The notes: generated by a model from the letters alone, not told the origin. 62,669 nt of DNA, filler included, from Candidatus Ancaeobacter aquaticus (GCA_030765405.1; 6 parts of 6 records of this genome joined end to end with filler, not necessarily neighbours in it); one strand, 5' to 3'; positions 1-9,576 are shown, numbered from the whole stretch's first letter. Numbers and translations are program-made.

Positions 1-79
1 GGACATCACATACGGTAAGGATTACATTAGTATTAATTACTACGATAGGATAGATGCCCCCATACTGGTAGACAACTTA

Positions 80-115
80 GGGTCTAAACCAAAGGGAAAT
101 GTTTGGCCTAGACCC
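80..115. repeat. Hairpin just downstream of tRNA-Asn (terminator or REP-like)
   Basis: GGGTCTAAACCAAA (80-93) and TTTGGCCTAGACCC (102-115) are inverted repeats with 2 mismatches, which are G-U pairs on the minus strand. Confidence 0.5.
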
Positions 116-120
116 CATAC

Positions 121-444
121 TGGCTCCTCGGGTTGGATTCGAACCAACAGCCTAACGGTTACGGTTTTTTCCTCATGTTTCCATAAGGCCCGGACTATCT
201 CATTACCTTCCTGATCAATTTCAGGGTCAGGTATCGGGCGCTTCCCACCCCACTGTATCGAGGCAGTACGACCTCGCGGTCTAGTCTCTGCACCTTCCCC
301 GAGATTATCGGGGCTTGGCTCAGGATTACCATTTGCTTTTCAACATTTAGGCTTCCCTGAATTCACCCAATTTTTCAATCCCGCTTTCACGGGAAAGCTG
401 CAATTTTCTCACAGCCGTTCGCTCCACCATTGAGCTACCGAGGA
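121..444 (-). tRNA. trnN: tRNA-Asn(GUU), interrupted by a group I intron between anticodon positions 35 and 36
   Basis: 5' exon 444-411 TCCTCGGTAGCTCAATGGTGGAGCGAACGGCTGT plus 3' exon 161-121 TAACCGTTAGGCTGTTGGTTCGAATCCAACCCGAGGAGCCA join into a full cloverleaf: acceptor TCCTCGG/CCGAGGA, anticodon stem AACGG/CCGTT, loop CT-GTT-AA, GGTTCGAATCC T-arm, encoded CCA. Confidence 0.93.
162..410 (-). ncRNA. Group I self-splicing intron, 249 nt, no internal ORF
   Basis: Exon ends in U paired to G of IGS GCAGCU (P1); P AAUUCAGGGAAGCC, Q AAUCCUGAGC, R GUGCAGAGACUAG, S GAGAUAGUCC; P3 UUGGGUG/CGCCCGA; P9 CCUUAUG-GAAA-CAUGAGG; terminal omega-G at 162. Confidence 0.92.
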
Positions 445-499
445 ATGTATTCTCAAGTTAGTTTTATTAGTATATATATTTTGCCGTATATGGCAACTG

Positions 500-3400
500 T
501 TATTTCTTTTCTTCTGTCGGCTCTTCAGCATTACAATTTAACTCTGAAAGCTGTTTGTACATTGCGTATCTTCTGGTAACATCAACCTGTTCTTCTTTAA
601 GATACTTTTCAAATGCTTCAGGATGGGTCTTCTTTAATACTCTAAACCTATTTTCCCCACCAGCATATTCACTGAACTCTATTGTCGGCTTCTTACTATC
701 AATAGTAAGCGGATTCTTTCCTTCAACAGAGAGCTCTGGGTTAAACCGCATAATTGGGAAATGACCGCATGCTACCGCTTTTTTCTGCTCATCTAATCCA
801 TGCTCCATATTTATACCATGAGCAATACATGTTGAATAAGCAATGATCAGTGAAGGGCCATCATACTGTTCAGCTTCAATGAATGCTTTTACTACCTGGT
901 TAGGATCTGCACCCATAGCAATCTTTGCAACATATACATAGCCGTAACTCATCGCCATTAATGCGAGATCTTTTTTCGCTGTTGGTTTACCGCTCGCTGC
1001 AAACTGTGCTACAGCACCTTTCGGTGTCGCTTTTGATGACTGTCCACCGGTGTTTGAATATACTTCTGTATCAAGAACAAGCACATTGATATTCTCACCT
1101 GATGCTAATACGTGATCAAGACCACCGTAACCGATATCATATGCCCATCCATCACCACCGAGTGCCCATACAGATTTTTTAACCAAATAATCTGCTATTT
1201 TTAAAAGTTCCGGACATACACCACACTTACATGCTGAAAGCAGATCTTTTGCTTTTTTAACTAGTACTCGTTGATCTTCGATCTCTACATATGTTTTCTG
1301 TGGTGCTGCAAGTATTTCCTTCAACACCGACTTAAGATCCCCTGCACATTCTTCTTTACTATCAATAATCTTCTGTGCAAGTTCACGTGCATATTCATTA
1401 AACTTATCTACGGTAAGTCTCATACCAAAAGCAAACTCAGCATTATCTTCAAAAAGTGAGTTTGACCATGTCGGGCCATAACCGTCTTGGCGCGTACAAT
1501 ACGGTGTTGTCGGTAAGTTACCACCATAAATTGATGTACATCCTGTTGCATTACCGATGAGCGCTTTATCACCAAAAAGCTGTGTCAGAAGTTTTACATA
1601 TGCTGTTTCACCGCATCCCGCGCATGCGCCAGAGAACTCAAAGAGTGGCTTTAAGAACTGGCTACCTCTTACAGTTGCTATATCAAGCTTCTTAGGATCG
1701 ATATCAGGAATATCCATAAAGAACGCGAAGTTATCCCTCTCTTGATCTCTGAGTGGTGCCTGCTCAGTCATCTTAATTGCTTCTTTTGCTTTTGCCGGAC
1801 AGAAGAATACACAGGTACCGCATCCAGTACAATCTTCCGGTGCAACTTGTAGCGTATACTTCATCCCCACAAATTCTTTTGCTTTGGGAGTAGTTGATTT
1901 AAATGTGTCTGGTGCTTTATCGAGCTGTTTCGGATCATAGACTTTCATTCTTATCGCTGCGTGAGGACACACTAAAGAACATCTACCACATTGGATACAT
2001 GTCTCAGTATTCCACAGTGGTATATTTACCGCTATATTACGTTTTTCATACTGTGTTGTAGCTGTCGGCCAGGTACCGTCTGCAGGCATTTCAGATACTT
2101 TTACTAATGATCCCTGCCGTTTAATTATCTTTGCAGTAACACCTTTAACAAAATCTGGGGCATCACTAGGTACAACTTCGACTTCCTCTACTGTACAATC
2201 GCAAGTATCCGGCACAGCAATTTCATGTATTTCTGTAAGCGATCGATCAACAGCGGCTACGTTCATATTAACGATATCTTCACCTTTATTACCGTAAGTT
2301 TTTTTGATCGCATCTTTTACTGCTTCAATCGCAACTGCATCATCAATAACCTTTGATATTTTGAAGAACGCTACCTGCATGATCGTGTTGATACGTGCAC
2401 CAAGACCAACTTCTTCAGCGATTTTAATAGCATCAATTGCATAAAACTTTATTTTCTTTGCAACGATTTGCTTTTTCACTCTGTTTGGCAAACAATCCCA
2501 TATTTCGTCTTTGCTATGATGTGAGGTAAGAAGAAAAATACCGCCATCTACAAGGTTATGAAGCATATCAAATTTCTCTAAAAATGATGTGTTGTGACAA
2601 GCAAGGAAATTAGCGTTTGTTATGAGGTACGGACTACGAATAGGATGTTTCCCGAAACGAAGATGAGATACTGTTACCGCACCAGCTTTTTTTGAATCGT
2701 ATTCAAAGTATCCTTGCGTATAGTTATTTGTTTTTTCAGCAATAATCTTAATGGTATTTTTGTTTGCTCCGACAGTACCGTCTGAACCAAGACCATAAAA
2801 CATTGCGCGATACACATCATCACTTTCAATCGAAAATGCATTGTCAACTTCAAGACTCGTTGAGGTTACATCATCATCTATCCCAACAGTAAAATGATTC
2901 TTTGGATCATCTAAAGATAAATCCTCGAATATTGATTTAACCATAGTAGGGGTAAACTCAGCTGAACCAAGACCAAAACGACCACCAACAATAATCGGAT
3001 ATGAATCTGATTTAATCATCCCGAGTGTCATTGCTTCACCAATAGCTGTACGAATATCTTCGTAAAGCGGCTCACCGATACTGCCAGGCTCTTTTGTTCT
3101 GTCTAAGACAGCGATCTTAGTAGCTGTTTTAGGTAATGAATTAACAAAAGCATTCAGATCAAAAGGTCGGAAAAGACGCACTTTTAAGACACCTACTTTT
3201 TCACCTTTTTGATTGAGGTAATCAACGGTTTCGTGTGCAACTTCTGCACCAGAACCCATCATAATTATGATCCGCTCAGCTTCAGGATCACCGACATAAT
3301 CAAAAAGACGATATTCTCTTCCTGTGAGGAGAGCAAATTTATCAAATGCTTTTTGCACAAATTCTGGGCACGCATCATGATATTTGTTTACGCTTTCCCG

Positions 3401-4084
3401 ACCCTGAAAATAAACGTCAGGATTCTGTGAAGTACCTCTGATCGCCGGATGATCAGGAGAGAGACCTGATTTATGATGTGCATCAACCATTTTCTGATCA
3501 ATCATAGATTTAATATCGTCCATGGTCAATTCTTCAATTTTCTGTATTTCATGAGAGATTCTAAACCCTTCAAAAATATGTAAAAACGGTATACGGGACT
3601 CAAGTGTTGCAACCTGTGAAATAAGAGCAAAATCCATTGTTTCCTGAACATTTGTTGCAAACAACATAGCAAATCCTGTCTGACGACACGCCATAACATC
3701 TGAATGATCACCAAATATGGATAATGCCTGACACGCAATTGATCGTGCAGCAATATGGAAAACAGTAGGTAATAATTCACCGGCTATTTTATACATGTTT
3801 GGCAGCATAAGGAGTAATCCTTGTGAAGCAGTAAACGTCGTTGTGAGCGCACCAGCGGTAAGAGCACCATGCACAGCCCCGGAAGCACCACCTTCAGATT
3901 GCATTTCAACAACTTTAGGTATTGTACCCCAGATATTTGGTACATTTTTAGCTGATTTTAAATCAGATATCTCACCCATAGGTGATGAAGGTGTAATAGG
4001 ATATATTGCAATTACTTCATTTGTCGCGTGAGCGACATGCGCTACCGCGCTATTTCCGTCATGTGGAACCATTTTACGTTTCAT
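500..4084 (-). CDS. nifJ: Pyruvate:ferredoxin (flavodoxin) oxidoreductase, single-chain type
   Basis: 1194 aa; YPITPSS, two CxxCxxCxxxCP ferredoxin motifs, FSGACAGCGET, GGDGWAYDIG TPP motif. Confidence 0.96.
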   Translation of the reverse strand: MKRKMVPHDGNSAVAHVAHATNEVIAIYPITPSSPMGEISDLKSAKNVPNIWGTIPKVVEMQSEGGASGAVHGALTAGALTTTFTASQGLLLMLPNMYKIAGELLPTVFHIAARSIACQALSIFGDHSDVMACRQTGFAMLFATNVQETMDFALISQVATLESRIPFLHIFEGFRISHEIQKIEELTMDDIKSMIDQKMVDAHHKSGLSPDHPAIRGTSQNPDVYFQGRESVNKYHDACPEFVQKAFDKFALLTGREYRLFDYVGDPEAERIIIMMGSGAEVAHETVDYLNQKGEKVGVLKVRLFRPFDLNAFVNSLPKTATKIAVLDRTKEPGSIGEPLYEDIRTAIGEAMTLGMIKSDSYPIIVGGRFGLGSAEFTPTMVKSIFEDLSLDDPKNHFTVGIDDDVTSTSLEVDNAFSIESDDVYRAMFYGLGSDGTVGANKNTIKIIAEKTNNYTQGYFEYDSKKAGAVTVSHLRFGKHPIRSPYLITNANFLACHNTSFLEKFDMLHNLVDGGIFLLTSHHSKDEIWDCLPNRVKKQIVAKKIKFYAIDAIKIAEEVGLGARINTIMQVAFFKISKVIDDAVAIEAVKDAIKKTYGNKGEDIVNMNVAAVDRSLTEIHEIAVPDTCDCTVEEVEVVPSDAPDFVKGVTAKIIKRQGSLVKVSEMPADGTWPTATTQYEKRNIAVNIPLWNTETCIQCGRCSLVCPHAAIRMKVYDPKQLDKAPDTFKSTTPKAKEFVGMKYTLQVAPEDCTGCGTCVFFCPAKAKEAIKMTEQAPLRDQERDNFAFFMDIPDIDPKKLDIATVRGSQFLKPLFEFSGACAGCGETAYVKLLTQLFGDKALIGNATGCTSIYGGNLPTTPYCTRQDGYGPTWSNSLFEDNAEFAFGMRLTVDKFNEYARELAQKIIDSKEECAGDLKSVLKEILAAPQKTYVEIEDQRVLVKKAKDLLSACKCGVCPELLKIADYLVKKSVWALGGDGWAYDIGYGGLDHVLASGENINVLVLDTEVYSNTGGQSSKATPKGAVAQFAASGKPTAKKDLALMAMSYGYVYVAKIAMGADPNQVVKAFIEAEQYDGPSLIIAYSTCIAHGINMEHGLDEQKKAVACGHFPIMRFNPELSVEGKNPLTIDSKKPTIEFSEYAGGENRFRVLKKTHPEAFEKYLKEEQVDVTRRYAMYKQLSELNCNAEEPTEEKK

Positions 4085-4465
4085 AGATAAGCCTCCGTAT
4101 AGATCTATATATTGTTATTGTATGATATATTATTTATCAACCCCGAATAAGGAGAATTCTGAGCATATACCTATTATATAGAAAAATCAAGAGGAAAAAT
4201 ATGGGTTTTTTGCATATTTTTGGTAGGTAAAGATAGATTTATCGCAAACTTTACATCAAAAGAGCAGACCACAGCCCCGAAAATAAATCCTACGACGAGA
4301 CAGGTTTGAATACATCAGCAGCAGCATTACCATTAAAACCAAATGTAGCAGCGCCTACACAAACAAACATTTTCTTAAACACATATGATATTGTTAGATA
4401 TTCACAAGTTCACACATATATTCTCTAATCGTCATTAAACACATTAATTGAGCCAGAAATGACGA

Positions 4466-4513
4466 TTACTGCACATAAAACACCCAGAATATTGTTCTGA
4501 TACAACATTCCAT
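4466..4513 (-). CDS. Possible 15-aa micropeptide MECCIRTIFWVFYVQ
   Basis: ATG preceded by SD-like AAAGGTGGT and 13 nt downstream of a Fur-box palindrome; no homology evidence. Confidence 0.2.
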   Translation of the reverse strand: MECCIRTIFWVFYVQ

Positions 4514-4525
4514 ACCACCTTTCTT

Positions 4526-4550
4526 TGTATTGAAATTGATTTTCAATACA
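4526..4550. promoter_or_regulatory. Fur-box-like operator palindrome
   Basis: TGTATTGAAA-TTGAT-TTTCAATACA, perfect 10-bp arms; core TTGAAATTGATTTTCAA has 1 mismatch to the WTGAAAATNATTTTCAW Fur consensus of deltaproteobacteria; about 100 nt downstream of fur. Confidence 0.6.
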
Positions 4551-4648
4551 TTGTTAAAAAAAATTGACCACTTTTTACTTGTTTTTCATCTGTTTCTTAG
4601 CTGCTCATTCCTTCTTGAAAATGGTTTTCATCATATAAGTAAAATTTT

Positions 4649-5077
4649 TTACTTTTGACACTTCTCGCATGTACCAAATATCTCTAATACATGTCTTGCA
4701 GGGATAAAATTATGCTCACTAGCCATATTTTCTTGTATTATTTCTATTGTTGGGTTGGTCACTTCAATGCAATCGCCACATCGAACACATATCAGATGAT
4801 CGTGGTGTTCGTGTCCATACTTATGTTCGTAGCGCATTATTCCTTCACCAAAATCTATTTCTTCGCATAAACCGCATTCTCTGAGCATTTTCATTGTTCT
4901 ATATACCGTGGTGTACCCTATCGCTTTATCCTTCTCTTTAACTGATGTATGTAACTCTTCTATTGATATATGTTCTTCAATACCCAAAAATGTCTTCAGG
5001 ATAAGTTCTCTTTGCGGTGTTCTCCGCAAACCCTTTTTAGCTATGTATTCATTAAATATTTCGAACTCTTTTTCCAT
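4649..5077 (-). CDS. fur: Ferric uptake regulator family transcriptional repressor
   Basis: 142 aa; TPQRELIL, TTVYRT, HHDHLICVRCG and C-terminal CxxC. Confidence 0.93.
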   Translation of the reverse strand: MEKEFEIFNEYIAKKGLRRTPQRELILKTFLGIEEHISIEELHTSVKEKDKAIGYTTVYRTMKMLRECGLCEEIDFGEGIMRYEHKYGHEHHDHLICVRCGDCIEVTNPTIEIIQENMASEHNFIPARHVLEIFGTCEKCQK

Positions 5078-5083
5078 GGCTTC

Positions 5084-5247
5084 GGTGCCTTCGGCACTTT
5101 TACTTTCCTGCTATCAACATCACTAACCTTGAGCCTAAACAATAAAAGCATCGAAGGTGCCTTCGGCACTTTTACTTTCCTGCTATCAACATCATTAACC
5201 TTGAGCCTAAACAATAAAAGCATCGAAGGTGCCTTCGGCACTTTTAC
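5084..5247. repeat. 72-bp tandem repeat (2.3 copies, runs off the contig end) containing hairpin GTGCC-TTC-GGCAC
   Basis: Units start at 5084, 5156 and 5228; one C/T difference between units 1 and 2. Confidence 0.9.
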
Positions 5248-5347
5248 NNNNNNNNNNNNNNNNNNNNNNNNNNNNNNNNNNNNNNNNNNNNTTAATTAAT
5301 TAANNNNNNNNNNNNNNNNNNNNNNNNNNNNNNNNNNNNNNNNNNNN
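5248..5347. other. Artificial contig linker
   Basis: N44-TTAATTAATTAA-N44, six-frame stop spacer. Confidence 0.98.
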
Positions 5348-5356
5348 GTTACAAAA

Positions 5357-6286
5357 ATGGATACGAAAGAAATATTTCAACCGTTGCAGAATTTGCGGAG
5401 TGCAATATTTGTATTTTGTCTGTGGTGCATACTCGGTGTACTATTACTTGCATTTATTATTGCAAAAACGATAGCTAAACCGATTGAACTATTGCAGAGT
5501 GATGCCCAGAAAATCGGGAGCGGAGATTTTGAACATCCAGTTACAATTACGGGCACTGGTGAAGCAAGAGTACTTTCGAAAGAATTAGATTCAATGAGAA
5601 TAAAATTGAGAGATTTCCACCTCATTATGGAGGCAAAAATACAAGATAAAACAAAGGAGCTAAAATTTGCCATTGATAACATCAGCAAACAAAAGGAAGA
5701 GGCTGAGGATTCCAAAAATGCTATGCTTAACCTCGTTGAGGATATTCAAATAAAACAAAATCAGTTAAGGAACGCTGCAAGTGAATGGCGCAAAACCTTT
5801 GATTCAATAGAGGATTTAATTTCAATACATGCAAGAGACCAAACGATATTAAGAGTCAACCTCGCATTTGCTTCAGTTTTCAAAAAAAGTCCGGTAGAAA
5901 TTATTGGGCATAAGTGTTATGAATTGTTTCATAAAAAAACTAAATCGCCCGTTTTTTGTGAGCTTGAAACAGTTTTTGCAACAGGCGTGAGTACATCTTT
6001 TGAAGCATATGAGCCGTTATTAGGAATGCATTTTGAAGTAACGATGTCTCCAATATTTGATGATAAAGGTGATGTGAACGGTGTGGTGCACGTAGCCAAA
6101 GATATTTCAAACCGCAAAACTCTGGAAGAAGAGTCAAAGAAACATCTCAGAGAATTAGAAGTATTCTATAAGGCAAGTGTAAACAGAGAAGAGCGGATTG
6201 TAGAATTAAAAAAAGAGATAAAACAGCTACGATCAGATATGGATAAAATTACAAAAAAGAGCATTGACCGCACGAAGAAAAAATAG
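5357..6286 (+). CDS. HAMP-PAS sensory protein (5'-truncated) ending in a coiled coil, no kinase domain
   Basis: TM-HAMP (AKPIELLQSDAQKIGSGDF...GE), PAS (WRKTFDSIEDLISIH...DISNRK), C-terminal ELEVFYKASVNREERIVELKKEI. Confidence 0.75.
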   Translation: MDTKEIFQPLQNLRSAIFVFCLWCILGVLLLAFIIAKTIAKPIELLQSDAQKIGSGDFEHPVTITGTGEARVLSKELDSMRIKLRDFHLIMEAKIQDKTKELKFAIDNISKQKEEAEDSKNAMLNLVEDIQIKQNQLRNAASEWRKTFDSIEDLISIHARDQTILRVNLAFASVFKKSPVEIIGHKCYELFHKKTKSPVFCELETVFATGVSTSFEAYEPLLGMHFEVTMSPIFDDKGDVNGVVHVAKDISNRKTLEEESKKHLRELEVFYKASVNREERIVELKKEIKQLRSDMDKITKKSIDRTKKK

Positions 6287-6322
6287 ATGCGGTATTTTTT
6301 TATGACGTTAAGGAGTATGGTG

Positions 6323-7873
6323 ATGTTAAACACAGTGAAAGTGCCAAAAGAATATGAGCCGTTATTCTTAAAAGCGCAGGATATAGTCAGTAGCTATTTT
6401 TTAGAAAAAAAAGAGAATCCTGAAAAAGGAACAATTGAGATTGATGATGAGAGGTATATTTATGTGCGCGCCGCATCAATGTCAGTTGATTTTTTTGAAA
6501 CAGTTAAGAATCTTTATAAAGATTCGGGAAAAGAAGAAGCAATTTGCATTGCCAGGCAGATCCTGTACGATGTAGCGTATGCAATTGGGTTATCTGATGC
6601 AAAAAATTTCCAGGAAAAATTAAAGCTTAAAACCCCTATTGAAAGATTATCGGCCGGCTTGGTTTTATTTGCTTATGCCGGTTGGGCAAATGTCGATATA
6701 TTCCCCGAGTCGAAGCCATCGCAAGATGAGGATTTCTATCTTATATATGATCATCCGTACTCATTTGAATCAGACGCATGGAAAAAGTCCGGTAAAAAAA
6801 CAGATTATTCGGTATGTGTGCTGAACGCCGGATACTCTTCGGGATGGTGTTCGGAAAGTTTCGGAGTTAATCTTGTTGTATCTGAGATCATGTGTAAAGC
6901 AAAAGGAGATGATGTGTGCCGCTTTATCATGGCGCACCCTTCAAAAATAGACAAGTATATCAAACAGTATATGCGGAAAGAGCCGGAATTAGCTAAAAAT
7001 ATTTCGAGGTATGAAGTACCGGGATTTTTCAAAAGAAAAGAATTAGAAGATACTTTACGAGAAAAGACTCAGCAGCTTGAGAAATCATTAACTGAATCGG
7101 TTAAAGCTCGTGAAGTGATGGTGAGTATGTTGGAAGACAACAACCAGATAAGAGAAGAACTTGAGAATAAATTTGTAGAATTAAAACAGGCAGAAGAAAT
7201 GCTTATTCAGACCGAAAAGCTTGCGTCTCTAGGGAAACTTATCGCGGACATTGCCCATGAGGTGAATAATCCTCTTATGGTCATATCGGGCAAAGCGCAG
7301 CTTGCTCTCATGGAAAAGTTAGACAATGATGAAGTGAACAAAAACCTGAAAATTATCATGGACCAATGCATGCGTGCAAAAGATATTATTCAACGGTTGC
7401 TTACATTCTCAAAACCGAGTCATGGGGATCTAAGCATTGTGAAAATTGACGAAAGCATAGAATTTATTCTTAAGCTTCTTGAACACCAGTATTACCTTTC
7501 GAATGTAACGATAAAAAGAAATTATTGTTCGCCAATCCCGGAGGTGCGTATTGATGAGAAGAAGATGCACGAAGTATATATAAACCTGCTCAAAAATGCT
7601 GCCGAAGCCATGGGCCCGGACGGCGGTACGATAACGATAAATATACGTGCAAAAGAGAAAAATTTATACATTGAGTTTGTCGATACCGGATCAGGAATGA
7701 CAGATGAAAGTAAAAGTCGGGTTTTCGAGCCGTTTTATACGACAAAAGAAAAGGGTACGGGTTTAGGTCTTTCTGTATGTTACGGTATTGTAAAAGCGCA
7801 CGGGGGTGATTTGCGCTATGAGAGCACAAAAGAAGAAGGGGCGAAAGCAACGATAGTTTTACCGATACAATAA
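6323..7873 (+). CDS. Sensor histidine kinase with N-terminal V4R/XylR-N-like domain
   Basis: GYSSGWCSESFG...CKAKGDDVCRF (V4R); AHEVNNPL H-box, DTGSG and GTGLGL G-boxes; start chosen from SD AAGGAG (ORF open from 6287). Confidence 0.85.
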   Translation: MLNTVKVPKEYEPLFLKAQDIVSSYFLEKKENPEKGTIEIDDERYIYVRAASMSVDFFETVKNLYKDSGKEEAICIARQILYDVAYAIGLSDAKNFQEKLKLKTPIERLSAGLVLFAYAGWANVDIFPESKPSQDEDFYLIYDHPYSFESDAWKKSGKKTDYSVCVLNAGYSSGWCSESFGVNLVVSEIMCKAKGDDVCRFIMAHPSKIDKYIKQYMRKEPELAKNISRYEVPGFFKRKELEDTLREKTQQLEKSLTESVKAREVMVSMLEDNNQIREELENKFVELKQAEEMLIQTEKLASLGKLIADIAHEVNNPLMVISGKAQLALMEKLDNDEVNKNLKIIMDQCMRAKDIIQRLLTFSKPSHGDLSIVKIDESIEFILKLLEHQYYLSNVTIKRNYCSPIPEVRIDEKKMHEVYINLLKNAAEAMGPDGGTITINIRAKEKNLYIEFVDTGSGMTDESKSRVFEPFYTTKEKGTGLGLSVCYGIVKAHGGDLRYESTKEEGAKATIVLPIQ

Positions 7874-7931
7874 TGTGCCTGGTATTTTACGGGTCTCGGA
7901 GAGCTGATATATGAATACAAATGAGGAGAGT

Positions 7932-8297
7932 ATGAAAAAACACATATTAGTTGTTGATGACGAGAAAGAAATACGAGATATCCTGGAAACGTTCTTGGAA
8001 AAACACGGCTATACTGTTACCGCAACAGAAAACGGTGCTCAAGCGGTAGATATTATGGAGAGCACGAAAGTAGATTGTATGATATTGGATATGCGTATGC
8101 CGGAAACGAGCGGGCAAAGCGTTTTAAAGAAAATGGCCCAAAAGGGTATTGCGGTACCCGTTATAATTTTAACGGGGTCGCAGGATGTTTCTGGAAATTT
8201 TCTCGAAATACAGGAAATGGGATATGAGGATATTTTGTTTAAACCAATCGATTTAAATGTGATTTTGGAACTTATACAAAAGAAAATCGGGGAGTAG
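7932..8297 (+). CDS. Single-domain response regulator
   Basis: ILVVDDE, LDMRMP, FKP receiver motifs; ORF open from 7911. Confidence 0.9.
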   Translation: MKKHILVVDDEKEIRDILETFLEKHGYTVTATENGAQAVDIMESTKVDCMILDMRMPETSGQSVLKKMAQKGIAVPVIILTGSQDVSGNFLEIQEMGYEDILFKPIDLNVILELIQKKIGE

Positions 8298-8304
8298 GTA
8301 TGCT

Positions 8305-9393
8305 ATGTCACAAAAAAAAGTTCTTATAGTTGATGATGAAGCAGAAATAAGAAATATTGTGAGCACTTTTTTGAGTAAAAAAGGTTTTGAAACAGTAGCG
8401 GTTGAAAGTGGCGTACTCGCGCTTTCTCTTTTGGGAAAAGAACGCTTTGATGTATTGGTAAGCGATATTAATATGCCTGCAATGGATGGTGTTGAGTTTT
8501 CACGCCGGGCAAAGAAGTTTAATCCCCGGCTTGCTGTTATACTTCTTACCGGATATGGATCGCTCGAAACCGCACAGGAATCTATTCGCATAGGTGTGGC
8601 AGATTATATGACAAAACCGGTTGATCTTGAGAAGCTTCTTGAATCTGTTAATAGCTGTATAAAGAGAATAGAAGAAGAAAAAACGGGTGATAGCTATAAA
8701 GAAGAGTTAGAAAAAGATCTTGAGGCTGATAAAAAGAAATTTGAAGACATGAAAGATGAAGTGATGTTATTAATTGGCCATGAGCTGAACACCCCGATAT
8801 CAATCATATCTGCCGGTCTTAGTTATATTACCGATAAAATTGATTCTTCCGGAAAAGGGAGAAAATCAGATGCACAGACACAAAAACGCATTTTAAATAG
8901 TGTTGAAAATGGCAGGAGGAGATTGATCACTATTGTGGAAGATATCGTCTCATATATGAATCTAGCCAGAGGCAAAGCACGGATCGAAAAGAAAGAGGTA
9001 GTCTTAAACACTCTCTTGACAGCTAATAGTGAAGGGTTAAATCATGTCGTAACAGATGGGAATGGAGTTTTGCAGTTCGAGATAGCAAAAGAAGACATTG
9101 AAGTTATAGTTGACCAAGATCATTTTCTTGATGTGGTTACCCGTCTGGTGCATAACACGGTGTTTCATAACCGTGAAAAAGTTAACGTTAGACTGTCACT
9201 GTCATCGATCATGAAAGAAGACAAGAAATATGCCCGGATAGAAATACGTGATGATGGAAAAGGAATGGATGAAGGTATCCTTAAAAATATTTTTGAGCCC
9301 TTTAATGTGAGTGATATTATGCATCATACTAAAGGACTTGGGTTGAGTATGGCTATGTGTAAAGTTATTGTTGAGTCTCATGATGGGGCGATA
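8305..9393 (+). CDS. Hybrid receiver-histidine kinase (3'-truncated at contig end)
   Basis: N-terminal receiver (LIVDDE, SDINMP, TKP), GHELNTP H-box, DDGKG, GLGLS. Confidence 0.88.
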
Positions 9394-9493
9394 NNNNNNN
9401 NNNNNNNNNNNNNNNNNNNNNNNNNNNNNNNNNNNNNTTAATTAATTAANNNNNNNNNNNNNNNNNNNNNNNNNNNNNNNNNNNNNNNNNNNN
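9394..9493. other. Artificial contig linker
   Basis: N44-TTAATTAATTAA-N44. Confidence 0.98.
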
Positions 9494-9495
9494 AG

Positions 9496-9576
9496 TGTGG
9501 TTGTGATCTTGTCCTTCGCGAGGAAGATGGTCTTATATTTGTTTCCTGTGTAGATTGTTCCTTTTGTGAATGTTAG
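9496..9576 (+). CDS. 3' end of a small Cys-rich (zinc-ribbon-like) protein, truncated by the contig start
   Basis: Translation CGCDLVLREEDGLIFVSCVDCSFCEC*; T-ending codon bias like the next gene. Confidence 0.4.
   Translation, partial: CGCDLVLREEDGLIFVSCVDCSFCEC

Noticed and set aside
5084..5247. 72-bp repeats as a CRISPR array
   Set aside because: Units are near-identical over their whole length, with no unique spacers and no cas genes
4970..5299. ORFs 4970-5299 (+) and 5041-5241 (-)
   Set aside because: Translations of the tandem repeat overlapping fur and the linker
5248..5347. TTAATTAATTAA palindrome inside N runs (five occurrences)
   Set aside because: Identical 100-nt artificial contig spacer; not biological, and gene order across it cannot be interpreted
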